IMG/VR virus record: IMGVR_UViG_3300006879_000012
Span: 1 to 32,538 of that record
DNA from: a virus
Lineage: Duplodnaviria; Caudoviricetes
Direction: 5' to 3' (one strand)
DNA: 32,538 nt
This document shows positions 24,817 to 32,538 of this stretch, one piece after another (position 1 is the stretch's first letter; every line of letters starts with the position of its first letter). The position numbers were made by a program, and so were the translations under genes. The notes below the pieces were generated by a model that worked only from the letters and a program-made list of their open reading frames with translations, did not search any database and had not been told where the DNA came from.

Positions 24817-25626
24817 ATGGCATTCAAACGCGTTGCAACCGAAGGCGCCACCACCGACGGCCGCGAAATCTCGCGCGAGTGGATCGAACAAATGGCCGCA
24901 AACTACGACCCGGCTGTTTTTGGCGCCCGCATCAGCATGGAACACATGCGCGGCATCTTCCCCGACGGCCCGTTTCGTGCCTACGGTGACGTGCGCGCCC
25001 TTAAGGCCGCCGAAGATGCCGATGGCAAGCTGCAGCTGTACGCCGACATCGACCCCACCGACGACCTCAAGCAAATGGTCAAGAACCGGCAAAAGGTCTA
25101 CACCAGCATCGAAGTCGAGCCCAACTTCGCCAAAACCGGCGAGGCGTACCTGACCGGGCTCGCCGTCACCGACAACCCCGCCAGCCTCGGCACCGAAATG
25201 CTGGCCTTCTCCGCGCAGCAGGAGCGCTCCCCGCTCGCCAGCCGCAAGCGCACGCAGACAGCCCTGTTCTCCAGCGCCGCCGAGCTCGCCGGTGCACTCG
25301 ATGCCGACGACCACGACTTCGGCGACACCAAGCCCACGCTGTCCGAGCGCATCGCCGCCCTGTTCAAGCGCAACGAACGCTACGCCGAACGCACCGCTGC
25401 CGCCGGCGACGAATGCCTGCGCGACGAAATCGAAGCCGGCATGCAGCTGTTTGCCGACAAGCATCAGGCCCTGGCCGCGCGCCTCGACGACCTGCCCAGT
25501 GCAGAGGATTTCAGCGCCCTCAAGACCAAGGTCGATGAAATCTACAGCGCCCTCGACAACACCCCGGACCAACCGCCGCGCCAGCCCGCCACCGGCGCCG
25601 CCACCGAGCAACTCACCGACTGCTAA
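24817..25626 (+). CDS. O: Capsid scaffolding/protease gpO
   Basis: RVATEGATTDGREI, QKVYTSIE, YLTGLAVTDNPASLGTE, ends LTDC. Confidence 0.96.
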   Translation: MAFKRVATEGATTDGREISREWIEQMAANYDPAVFGARISMEHMRGIFPDGPFRAYGDVRALKAAEDADGKLQLYADIDPTDDLKQMVKNRQKVYTSIEVEPNFAKTGEAYLTGLAVTDNPASLGTEMLAFSAQQERSPLASRKRTQTALFSSAAELAGALDADDHDFGDTKPTLSERIAALFKRNERYAERTAAAGDECLRDEIEAGMQLFADKHQALAARLDDLPSAEDFSALKTKVDEIYSALDNTPDQPPRQPATGAATEQLTDC

Positions 25627-25659
25627 GCCAGGCCACGCACGACCACACAGGACCAGACC

Positions 25660-26673
25660 ATGCGCAACGACACCCGCGAACAGTTCAACCGCTACATGGC
25701 CCGGCAGGCCCGGCTGAACGGCGTGCCCGAAGGCACCAAGCAATTCACCGCCGAACCCAGCGTGCAGCAAACGCTGGAATCCAAGCTGCAGGAAAGCTCC
25801 GCCTTTCTCGGCCTGATCAACATGGTCGGCGTCGACGAGCAACAAGGCGAGAAGATCGGCCTCGGCATCTCCAGCCCCATCGCCGCGCGCACCAACGTCA
25901 GCAGCAACGACCGCGAGACCACCGACGTCAGCGCGCTCGACGACAATGGCTACGAGTGCAAATCCACCGAGTTCGACACCCACATCACCTGGGCGCAGCT
26001 CGACGCCTGGGCCAAGTTCCCCGACTTCCAGGTACGCCTGCGTGATCAGGTGTTGCGCCGCCAGGCGCTCGATCGCATCATGATCGGCTTCAACGGCACC
26101 GCCGCCGCCAGCGCCACCAACATGGGCAAAAACGAACTGCTCGAAGACGTCAACATCGGCTGGCTGGAAAAATACCGCGCCAATGCCGGCAGCTACGCCC
26201 TCGACAAGTCCGACAATGGCGCCGCGGACTTCACCTACGGCCAGGGCGGCACCTACAACACGCTGGACGCCCTCGTGTTCGATCTCGCCCGCAGCATCAT
26301 CGACCCCTGGTACGTCGACGACCCGCGCATCCGCGTCATCATCGGGCGCGACCTGATGCACGACAAAGAGTTCACCCTGGTCGACGGCTACGACCAGCCC
26401 ACCGAGCGCAACGCCGCCGACATCATCCTGTCCACGCGCCGCCTCGGCGGCTATCCGGCCATCGTCGCGCCCTTCTTCCCCGCCGGCACGGCGCTCATCA
26501 CCGCCCCGGAAAACCTGTCCCTGTACTGGCAGCGCGGCAGCCGCCGGCGCTATGTCGAAGACAACCCGCGGCGCAAGCGCATCGAGCACTACGACAGCTC
26601 CAACGACGCCTACGTAGTCGAAGACTACGGCTTCGGCGTGCTGGTCGAAGACATCAGCGAGTACAGCGCGTAA
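25660..26673 (+). CDS. N: Major capsid protein, P2 family
   Basis: MRNDTR, PSVQQTLE, ALDRIMIGFNG, DVNIGWL, NLSLYWQ. Confidence 0.97.
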   Translation: MRNDTREQFNRYMARQARLNGVPEGTKQFTAEPSVQQTLESKLQESSAFLGLINMVGVDEQQGEKIGLGISSPIAARTNVSSNDRETTDVSALDDNGYECKSTEFDTHITWAQLDAWAKFPDFQVRLRDQVLRRQALDRIMIGFNGTAAASATNMGKNELLEDVNIGWLEKYRANAGSYALDKSDNGAADFTYGQGGTYNTLDALVFDLARSIIDPWYVDDPRIRVIIGRDLMHDKEFTLVDGYDQPTERNAADIILSTRRLGGYPAIVAPFFPAGTALITAPENLSLYWQRGSRRRYVEDNPRRKRIEHYDSSNDAYVVEDYGFGVLVEDISEYSA

Positions 26674-26677
26674 CGCC

Positions 26678-27361
26678 ATGGCCAGCCTCGGCAAGCGCAT
26701 CCGCCAGCGCAAGCGCGCCGCCGCCGCGAACGACTCGCCCGCCGCGCGCCAACGCGCCGACGACCAGCACCAGCTCATGCTCGCCGGGCTGTGGCAGATG
26801 CGCCGCGACCTCAAGAGCATCAAGAGCGTGCAGCGCAAGATCGACTACAAGCGCGAACACGCCCTGCCGCAGCTCGAGGCCTACATCGCCGGCGCGCTCG
26901 AAGCCGCCACCGGCGCCGAAGACCCCGTGCTCATGACCGCCATGGTCTGGCGCTTCGATGTCGGCGACCTTGCCGGCGGCCTCGCCATTGCCCGTTACGC
27001 GCTTGCGCACGGCCTCGCCGCCCCCGACCAATACAAGCGCGACGTCGTCACCATCGTCGCCGACGAAGTGGCCGACCGCGCGCTCGAGCAGCTGACCGGC
27101 GAAGCCCCGCCCACCGGCGCCGCCCTGGCCGAGCTGCAGCGCAACATCGACCAGGCGCATGAGCTCACCGACGCGCACGACCTGCACGACCAAGTGCGCG
27201 CCAAGCTGCACAAGGCCGGCGGCTACGCCGCGCGCGCCGGCGGCGAACTGCGCGCCGCACATACGCAACTGACCCAGGCGCTCGCCTACAACGAGCGCGC
27301 CGGCGTCAAGAAAGACATCGAACGCCTGGAGAGCCAACTCAAGAAACAAACCACCGAGTAA
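26678..27361 (+). CDS. M: Terminase small (endonuclease) subunit
   Basis: LKSIKS...K...K, MVWRFDVGD, DQVRAKLHKA, GVKKDIERL. Confidence 0.94.
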   Translation: MASLGKRIRQRKRAAAANDSPAARQRADDQHQLMLAGLWQMRRDLKSIKSVQRKIDYKREHALPQLEAYIAGALEAATGAEDPVLMTAMVWRFDVGDLAGGLAIARYALAHGLAAPDQYKRDVVTIVADEVADRALEQLTGEAPPTGAALAELQRNIDQAHELTDAHDLHDQVRAKLHKAGGYAARAGGELRAAHTQLTQALAYNERAGVKKDIERLESQLKKQTTE

Positions 27362-27485
27362 TGCCGGCCGGCTGCAACCGGCCCGCCCGAGCGCCACGCG
27401 CCGCCGGGGGCGCGCAGCGACGCGCGCCAGTCATCTCCTCCTGGCGCGCGCCGCTGCGCCCACCCCCGCACCCGCCGAGAGAGCC

Positions 27486-28013
27486 ATGTCTGATTACGTC
27501 GCCTACGACTACAGCTACGACCCCGACCCGCCACCCGCCAATGGCGACAACGGCAACAACGGGAGCGACGACACCACGCTCACAAACGTCGAATTCTGGC
27601 CCGATGTCAGCCTGCAGGATTTTCGCGCCGCCGAGCGCCTGCGCACCGACATCCCCGCCGCGCGCCTGCGCCACGCCCTGGAAGCCGCGCTCGCGCTCGT
27701 CAACCGCCTGCTCACCGACTTCACGCTCGCGCAGAAAAAGGCCGGCGCCGAAAGCCATGCCGACATCGAGCGCACCAGCCTGCAGCGCCAGGACCACTAC
27801 AAAACGCTCTACCTGCGCGCCGTCTACGCCAGCGCCCATGCCGACCTGCTCGAGCGCTACGCCGACTACTCCGCCACCGGCGACACCGGCGGCAGCACCG
27901 GCAGCAGTCGCGCCGACATGTACCAGGACGCCGCCGCCGGCTATCGCCGCACCATGCGCTGGGCCCTGGCCGAGATCGAAGACCGCCCGCACACCACCGT
28001 GGAGCTGATATGA
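27486..28013 (+). CDS. L: Head completion/stabilisation protein
   Basis: FWPDVSL..FR, Y.RAVY, L.ERY.DY.AT, ends TVELI. Confidence 0.94.
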   Translation: MSDYVAYDYSYDPDPPPANGDNGNNGSDDTTLTNVEFWPDVSLQDFRAAERLRTDIPAARLRHALEAALALVNRLLTDFTLAQKKAGAESHADIERTSLQRQDHYKTLYLRAVYASAHADLLERYADYSATGDTGGSTGSSRADMYQDAAAGYRRTMRWALAEIEDRPHTTVELI

Positions 28014-28219
28014 CCACCATCCGCGCCGAACAAGGTGACACCGTAGACAGCATCTGCTGGCGCGCCTTCGGCTACACCGAGCAGGTGGTCGAACAAACAC
28101 TGCAGCTCAATCACGGCCTGTGTGAGCACGGCCCCGTCCTGCCCCAGGGCCAGCCCGTCACCCTGCCGGAGAGCCCGGCCACGCCAGAACAGCCGGAGAC
28201 CGTCAAGCTATGGGACTGA
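28010..28219 (+). CDS. X: Tail protein X (LysM-like)
   Basis: A.QGDTVD.ICWR..G.T, N.GL...GP.LP.G, V.LWD. Confidence 0.95.
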   Translation: MTTIRAEQGDTVDSICWRAFGYTEQVVEQTLQLNHGLCEHGPVLPQGQPVTLPESPATPEQPETVKLWD

Positions 28220-29019
28220 GCCAGAAAACCCTGCGCCACGGCGATCACGGCCCGGCAGTCGAAGCCCTGCAGCAGGCCCTGGCCGCGGCCGGTCACAGCC
28301 CCGGTGCCGTCGATGGCATCTTCGGCCCCGGCACGGAGCGCGCCCTGCGCCAGTATCAGCAGGCGCACGATTTGGTTGCCGATGGCATTGCCGGGCCCCG
28401 CACCTGCGCAAGCCTTGGCGGCGCCGACGCGCCGCAAGCCCTGCGCCAGAGCGATCTCGCGCGCGCCGCCGACGAACTCCAGATCGAGCTCGCTGCCATG
28501 CTGGCCGTCACCGAAATCGAAGCTCGCGGCAGCGGCTTCAACGGCTCGCTGCCCGTGGTTTTGTTCGAGCGCCACATCATGCGCCGCCAGCTCGAAGAAC
28601 ACGGCGCCGATGCCGCCGGGCTGGCGCAGAAGTGGCCCATGCTGGTCAACGAAACGCCGGGCGGCTATCGCGGCGGCACGCAGGAAAACGTGCGCCTCGC
28701 CGCCGCGCGCCACCTGCACAACCTCGCCGGCGCCGAATCCGCCAGCTACGGCCTGTTCCAGATCATGGGCTTTCACGCCACCCGCCTCGGCTGGCGCGAT
28801 GCCGCCCACTTCGCCCGCGACATGGCGCGCTCGGAAGAACACCAGCTGCGCGCCTTCGTGCGCTTCATCCAGGCCGACGAAGCTCTAGCCCACGCGCTGC
28901 GCCACCGCAACTGGACCCGCTTCGCCGCGCGCTACAACGGCCCCGCCTACGCCCAAAACGACTACGACCACAAGCTCGCCGCCGCCTATCGTCGCCACCG
29001 GCGCGCCCTCACCGAGTAA
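28210..29019 (+). CDS. Endolysin: peptidoglycan-binding domain + N-acetylmuramidase (DUF3380-type)
   Basis: DGIFGPGTE..., DGIAGP.T; LFERH, S.GLFQIMGF, FAARYNGP.Y. Confidence 0.93.
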   Translation: MGLSQKTLRHGDHGPAVEALQQALAAAGHSPGAVDGIFGPGTERALRQYQQAHDLVADGIAGPRTCASLGGADAPQALRQSDLARAADELQIELAAMLAVTEIEARGSGFNGSLPVVLFERHIMRRQLEEHGADAAGLAQKWPMLVNETPGGYRGGTQENVRLAAARHLHNLAGAESASYGLFQIMGFHATRLGWRDAAHFARDMARSEEHQLRAFVRFIQADEALAHALRHRNWTRFAARYNGPAYAQNDYDHKLAAAYRRHRRALTE

Positions 29020-29037
29020 AGCCTCACCGAGTAAAAC

Positions 29038-29262
29038 ATGGAAATCATCAGCCTCATCCCCGACTTCGCCCGCATCCTCATCGAGATCATGGGCGCCGCC
29101 GCCCTCATCGTGAAGCTGCTCGCCGAAGCCTGGAAAATCACCCCTGGCACGCCGGACGTCGCCGTGTTCACCCGTACGCAGAAAATCATCCTGCGCATCC
29201 AGAAAGCGCTCGGCCCCGTCGCCGGCGACACCGCCAAGCGCGAACGCAAGAACGACCCATGA
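29038..29262 (+). CDS. Small membrane protein, holin candidate
   Basis: 74 aa with one hydrophobic N-terminal segment and a basic tail; directly after the endolysin. Confidence 0.55.
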   Translation: MEIISLIPDFARILIEIMGAAALIVKLLAEAWKITPGTPDVAVFTRTQKIILRIQKALGPVAGDTAKRERKNDP

Positions 29263-29621
29263 GGCCCGCCATGCACCGCACAACCCGCCTGTCCACCCTG
29301 CTTGCGGCGCTGGCCGCGCTGCTGTTGCTCGGCGCCTGCACCACGGCGCCCAAGAACCCCGAGCAGCTGGTCTACGCCACCTATGCCAGCTACATCGCCG
29401 CCAGCGATGCCACCGCCAACGCGCTGGCCATGGGCAGCATCGACGCCGACCAGGCTGCCGCCATCGAGCAGCAACTCGCCGCCTTGCGCCCGCAGCTCGA
29501 CACCGCCCGCGCCCTGGTCGGCGCCGGCCAACAGCCGCCCCAGGGCACGCTCGCCCATGTCCGCCACGCGCAGCGCATTTTGTTTAACATCCAGCAGCAA
29601 CTGGAGGCCCGCCTTGAGTAA
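29259..29621 (+). CDS. Lipoprotein (spanin candidate)
   Basis: Signal LLAALAALLLLGA|C lipobox; helical mature domain; start at 29259 or 29271. Confidence 0.75.
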   Translation: MRPAMHRTTRLSTLLAALAALLLLGACTTAPKNPEQLVYATYASYIAASDATANALAMGSIDADQAAAIEQQLAALRPQLDTARALVGAGQQPPQGTLAHVRHAQRILFNIQQQLEARLE

Positions 29622-29844
29622 CGCCACCGGCAGCGACACGCTGCACGCCATCCGCGCCCTGAACGCCATGCTCGCCCTCGGCGCCGCCGGCTTGGCCGCC
29701 GCCCAACGCTGGGGGCGCGTCATCCAGCGCGCGCAAGAGGAACAGCGCCCCATCAGCGCCGCCGAATGGGACGCCATCCGCGCCGCCGCCGATCGCAGCG
29801 ACGCCCGCCTCGCGCAAGCCATCCAGGATGCCCGCGAGCAATAA
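29614..29844 (+). CDS. Hypothetical helical protein (TTG start, 76 aa)
   Basis: GGAGG 6 nt before TTG 29614; mildly hydrophobic N-half. Confidence 0.6.
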   Translation: MSNATGSDTLHAIRALNAMLALGAAGLAAAQRWGRVIQRAQEEQRPISAAEWDAIRAAADRSDARLAQAIQDAREQ

Positions 29845-29869
29845 TTGCCGCCCGCCCCGGTCCGCCACC

Positions 29870-30205
29870 ATGAGCCTTGCCCAGCGTATGAGTGACACCA
29901 TCCGCGCTAACATTTCGCTGATCACCGGCATCAGCATGCCGCTCATATTGATCTTTTTAAGCATCATCGGCGGCGTCGTGCTCAAAAACCAATGGGACAT
30001 GGGCCACCTGGTCGGCAGCTACGAGAAAATGGCCGAAGCCGCCAGCCTGCGCCGCGCCGACATCGACCGTCGCCTGGACACCATCCGCGCCGTCGACCAG
30101 GCCCAGCACGACGCCATCCAGGAAAACCGCGACACCATCCGCGACCACACGAACCGCCTCGACGCCCTCGACCAACGCCTGCAGCAGTATGAAAAAGCTC
30201 CTTGA
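29870..30205 (+). CDS. TM + coiled-coil protein (i-spanin or holin-like candidate)
   Basis: ISMPLILIFLSIIGGVVL followed by a heptad-rich tail. Confidence 0.65.
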   Translation: MSLAQRMSDTIRANISLITGISMPLILIFLSIIGGVVLKNQWDMGHLVGSYEKMAEAASLRRADIDRRLDTIRAVDQAQHDAIQENRDTIRDHTNRLDALDQRLQQYEKAP

Positions 30206-30683
30206 CCTGCGCCGCCATCTGCTCGCCGCCGTGCCCGCGCTGCAGGCGAGCCCCGAGCGCCTGCTCACGTTCGTCGAAGACGGCCGCGTCAGCTTTCGCC
30301 GCGGCACCACCTACGACCACCGCTACACCTACACCGCGCGCATCATCGTCACAAACTACCGCGGCGCAACCGATGCCCTCATGCTGCCGCTGCTGTACTG
30401 GCTGTCGGCGCACCAACCCAATGCCAGCGTCGACGACACCGTCACCCTCGAAGCCGAGATCCTCGACAACGACACCGTCGATCTGTCGCTCAGCGTCGAG
30501 CTCGACGAGCGCGTGCAGGCGCGCCTCGACTGCGACCAGGGCACCATCCACGCCCACCACATGACCGCCGCCCACCCGCTGCCGCTGGTCTGCCTGCCCG
30601 AGCGTTGGCAGCTCTACGTCTGGGATCACGTCAACGACGACCAATACCACCTGGTCGCCGAATGGCCCGCCACCAATGACTGA
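30189..30683 (+). CDS. R: Tail completion protein gpR
   Basis: M.K...LR.HL..AVP, PERL.TFV.DG, P.L.WL...QP, E.EIL, L.ERV. Confidence 0.93.
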   Translation: MKKLLDLRRHLLAAVPALQASPERLLTFVEDGRVSFRRGTTYDHRYTYTARIIVTNYRGATDALMLPLLYWLSAHQPNASVDDTVTLEAEILDNDTVDLSLSVELDERVQARLDCDQGTIHAHHMTAAHPLPLVCLPERWQLYVWDHVNDDQYHLVAEWPATND

Positions 30684-31134
30684 CCGCCACGACCTCGACG
30701 AGCTCGCCGAATGGGTCGCCCCGCTCATTCGCCAGCTCGAACCGCGCCAAAGAAAGCAGCTGAACCGCAACATCGCGCGCGACCTGCGCCGGCGCCAGCG
30801 CGAACGCATCAAGGCCCAGCAAAACCCCGACGGCTCGCCCTACGAGCCGCGTAAGCCGCAGCACTGGAAGCAGGGCGCCATCAAGCGCCAGGCCATGTTC
30901 CGGCGCCTGCGCACCGCGCGCTACCTCAAGGCCCGCGGCTTCACCAACAAGGCCGTGGTCGGTTTTACCGGGCGCGGCGCCCACATTGCCCGCGTGCACC
31001 AGTATGGCCTCAGCGCCCCGGTCGAACCCGGCGGCCCGCGCTACCGCTATCCCAGCCGCCGCCTGCTCGGCCACACTAGCGCCGGGCGCGACGACATCGC
31101 CGCCAGCATCCTGCGCCACCTGACGCGTACGTGA
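30676..31134 (+). CDS. S: Tail completion/virion morphogenesis protein gpS
   Basis: LRR.Q..RI.AQQNPDGSPYEPRK, MF..LR, IARVHQYGL, Y..R.LLG. Confidence 0.95.
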   Translation: MTDRHDLDELAEWVAPLIRQLEPRQRKQLNRNIARDLRRRQRERIKAQQNPDGSPYEPRKPQHWKQGAIKRQAMFRRLRTARYLKARGFTNKAVVGFTGRGAHIARVHQYGLSAPVEPGGPRYRYPSRRLLGHTSAGRDDIAASILRHLTRT

Positions 31135-31150
31135 CCGGCACGCCGCCATT

Positions 31151-31219
31151 GCCTGTAACACCCCGACACTACAGGCAAACGCGGCTGTAACCGCGCCCGC
31201 GTTTGCCGATCATGGCCGC
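31151..31219 (+). promoter_or_regulatory. Late promoter PV
   Basis: GCCTGTA-N12-TACAGGC; 27 nt match the 24712 copy with 1 mismatch; CGATCAT at 31207. Confidence 0.8.
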
Positions 31220-31675
31220 ATGGACCGAGTGACCGAGCTGACGCGGCGGCTCAACAACATCATCCGCATCGGCACCATTGCCGCAGTCGACCCTAGCCAC
31301 GCCCGCGCCCGCCTGCGCGATGGCGCGCTGCTCAGCGCCTGGCGGCCATGGCTGGAACTGCGCGCCGGCACCACCCGCAGCTGGAACCCGCCCACCGTCG
31401 GCGAACAGGCCCTGCTGCTCGCCCCCGGCGGCGACCCGGCCGATAGCATCATCCTCACCGGCATCTATCAGGACGCGCACAGCGCCCCGAGCACCAGTCC
31501 CGCGCGCACGCGCACCGAGTACCCCGACGGCGCCCGCGTCGAATACGACCACGCGCACAGCGTGCTCCATGTCCAGACCCCGGGCGACATCACCCTGCAC
31601 GCCGGCGGCGACATCACCCTGCAAGCCAGCGGCAACGTCACCATCAGCGGCCAGCGCGTGGATCTCAACCCATGA
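31220..31675 (+). CDS. V: Baseplate spike gpV (short, 151 aa)
   Basis: N.IRIGTI, W...RAG.TR.W.PPTVGEQ, YPDGA..EYD; ends QRVDLNP. Confidence 0.93.
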   Translation: MDRVTELTRRLNNIIRIGTIAAVDPSHARARLRDGALLSAWRPWLELRAGTTRSWNPPTVGEQALLLAPGGDPADSIILTGIYQDAHSAPSTSPARTRTEYPDGARVEYDHAHSVLHVQTPGDITLHAGGDITLQASGNVTISGQRVDLNP

Positions 31676-32172
31676 ACAGCATCACCTGGACCCCAGCGCC
31701 CGGCCCGCTGTTCACCCTGCCGGAGACCGCCGGCCCCATCAGCTACGCCATCCAGGCCGCGCTCGCCGCCCCCGAGCCCGACGGCAACGGCGCGGGCGGC
31801 ACCCCGCCCAGCATCGAGCGCTACAGCGCCGCCATCAGCCCGGCGCAGACGCTCTTCGATACAAGCGCCAGCGCCAGCGGCGTCACCATCAGCGCCGCCA
31901 GCCTCGCCGGCCTGTTCCCGATCGCGCGCATCGACTATCTGCAGCACGCCACGCTGCACACGATCGACACCTGGGACGCGCTGCCGGCCGGCCCCGCGGA
32001 GCTGATCGCATTCAAGCCCAGCGCCGCGCGCGAGACCGTGTTCACGCTCACCGTCACCGCGCACCTGAGCGATGCCAGCGCGCACCAGGCCGAGTACAGC
32101 CTGAGCGTGCAGCAGGACTGGAGCGCCGGGCGCGAGCGCCTGCAGGAGGAAGTCGATGCCCGCCGCCACTAG
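31672..32172 (+). CDS. Hypothetical baseplate-associated protein, T4 gp5.1-like by recall (166 aa)
   Basis: ATGA coupling to V; TWDALP...FKP...FTLTVT...DWS...L pattern; lies between spike and PAAR genes. Confidence 0.65.
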   Translation: MNSITWTPAPGPLFTLPETAGPISYAIQAALAAPEPDGNGAGGTPPSIERYSAAISPAQTLFDTSASASGVTISAASLAGLFPIARIDYLQHATLHTIDTWDALPAGPAELIAFKPSAARETVFTLTVTAHLSDASAHQAEYSLSVQQDWSAGRERLQEEVDARRH

Positions 32173-32446
32173 ACAGGGCGACACCTGCACCGGCCACGGC
32201 AGCTATCCGCCACGCGCCAACGACCAGGGCAGCCCCAACGTGTTCATCAACAGCACCCCCGCACACCGCCAGGGCGATCACTGGGTCACCCACTGCAACC
32301 CCACACCCTCGTGCCACGACAGCGCCGCGCAGTCGGGCAGCAGCACGGTGTACGTCAACGGCCAGCAGCTCATGCGCATCGGCGACCCCATCGCCTGCGG
32401 CTCCGCCTGCGCCCAGGGCAGCCCCAACGTATTCGCCGGAGGCTGA
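32156..32446 (+). CDS. PAAR-repeat spike tip protein (T4 gp5.4-like)
   Basis: MPAATRQGD.CTGH, GSPNVFIN..PAHRQGD, R.GDPIACG, GSPNVFAG. Confidence 0.95.
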   Translation: MPAATRQGDTCTGHGSYPPRANDQGSPNVFINSTPAHRQGDHWVTHCNPTPSCHDSAAQSGSSTVYVNGQQLMRIGDPIACGSACAQGSPNVFAGG

Positions 32447-32447
32447 C

Positions 32448-32538
32448 ATGGCCGAGATGGACCGCCACACCGGAGACCTCATCGACGACGAGCTCGCCGC
32501 CATCGAGCAATCCGTCACCGACATCCTCACCACGCTGG
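32448..32538 (+). CDS. W: Baseplate wedge gpW/gp25 family, 5' partial
   Basis: RBS GGAGG; M...TG......I.QSV.DILTT. Confidence 0.85.
   Translation, partial: MAEMDRHTGDLIDDELAAIEQSVTDILTTL

Larger units (their letters stand above)
1..32538. mobile_element. P2-like (Peduoviridae, phiCTX-type) temperate phage genome, near complete, circularly permuted, apparently excised (attP) form
   Basis: P2-type head (Q,P,O,N,M,L) and tail (X,R,S,V,W,FI,FII,E,T,U,D) genes in P2 order, plus ogr, repressor, int and a P2-like cos. attP lies between int and portal. J, I and the DGR target gene would fall between the window end and start. Confidence 0.97.

Overview
The window is most of a high-GC, P2-like (Peduoviridae, phiCTX-type) temperate phage genome in circularly permuted order. 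Gene order is: DGR cassette and tail fibre, FI-FII-E/E'-T-U-D tail genes, a moron region, the repressor operon, an early operon with ogr and a primase-helicase, xis-int, attP (3' half of tRNA-Val(CAC)), a probable origin, cos, Q-P / O-N-M-L head genes, X, lysis genes, and R-S-V-PAAR-W. Phage genes flank attP on both sides, so this looks like the excised form. The main accessory features are: (1) a diversity-generating retroelement (VR end, hairpin, avd, TR, RT) inside the tail-fibre locus, followed by a second, non-DGR fibre; (2) two well-formed integron attC sites and a third core site in the moron region, all opposite to the genes they bracket, all lacking the recombinogenic GTT, and with no IntI in the window; (3) a phage protein with a PEP-CTERM-like sorting signal; (4) a blunt gpV with a separate PAAR tip gene and a T4 gp5.1-like gene; (5) three late promoters with a shared TGT-N14-ACA dyad and an identically spaced -10, two of which predict leaderless mRNAs; (6) a WYL-BRCT-TM protein in the repressor operon. 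All family assignments come from motif recognition by eye, not database searches. The DGR target gene and J/I lie outside the window, so adenine mutagenesis cannot be shown directly here.
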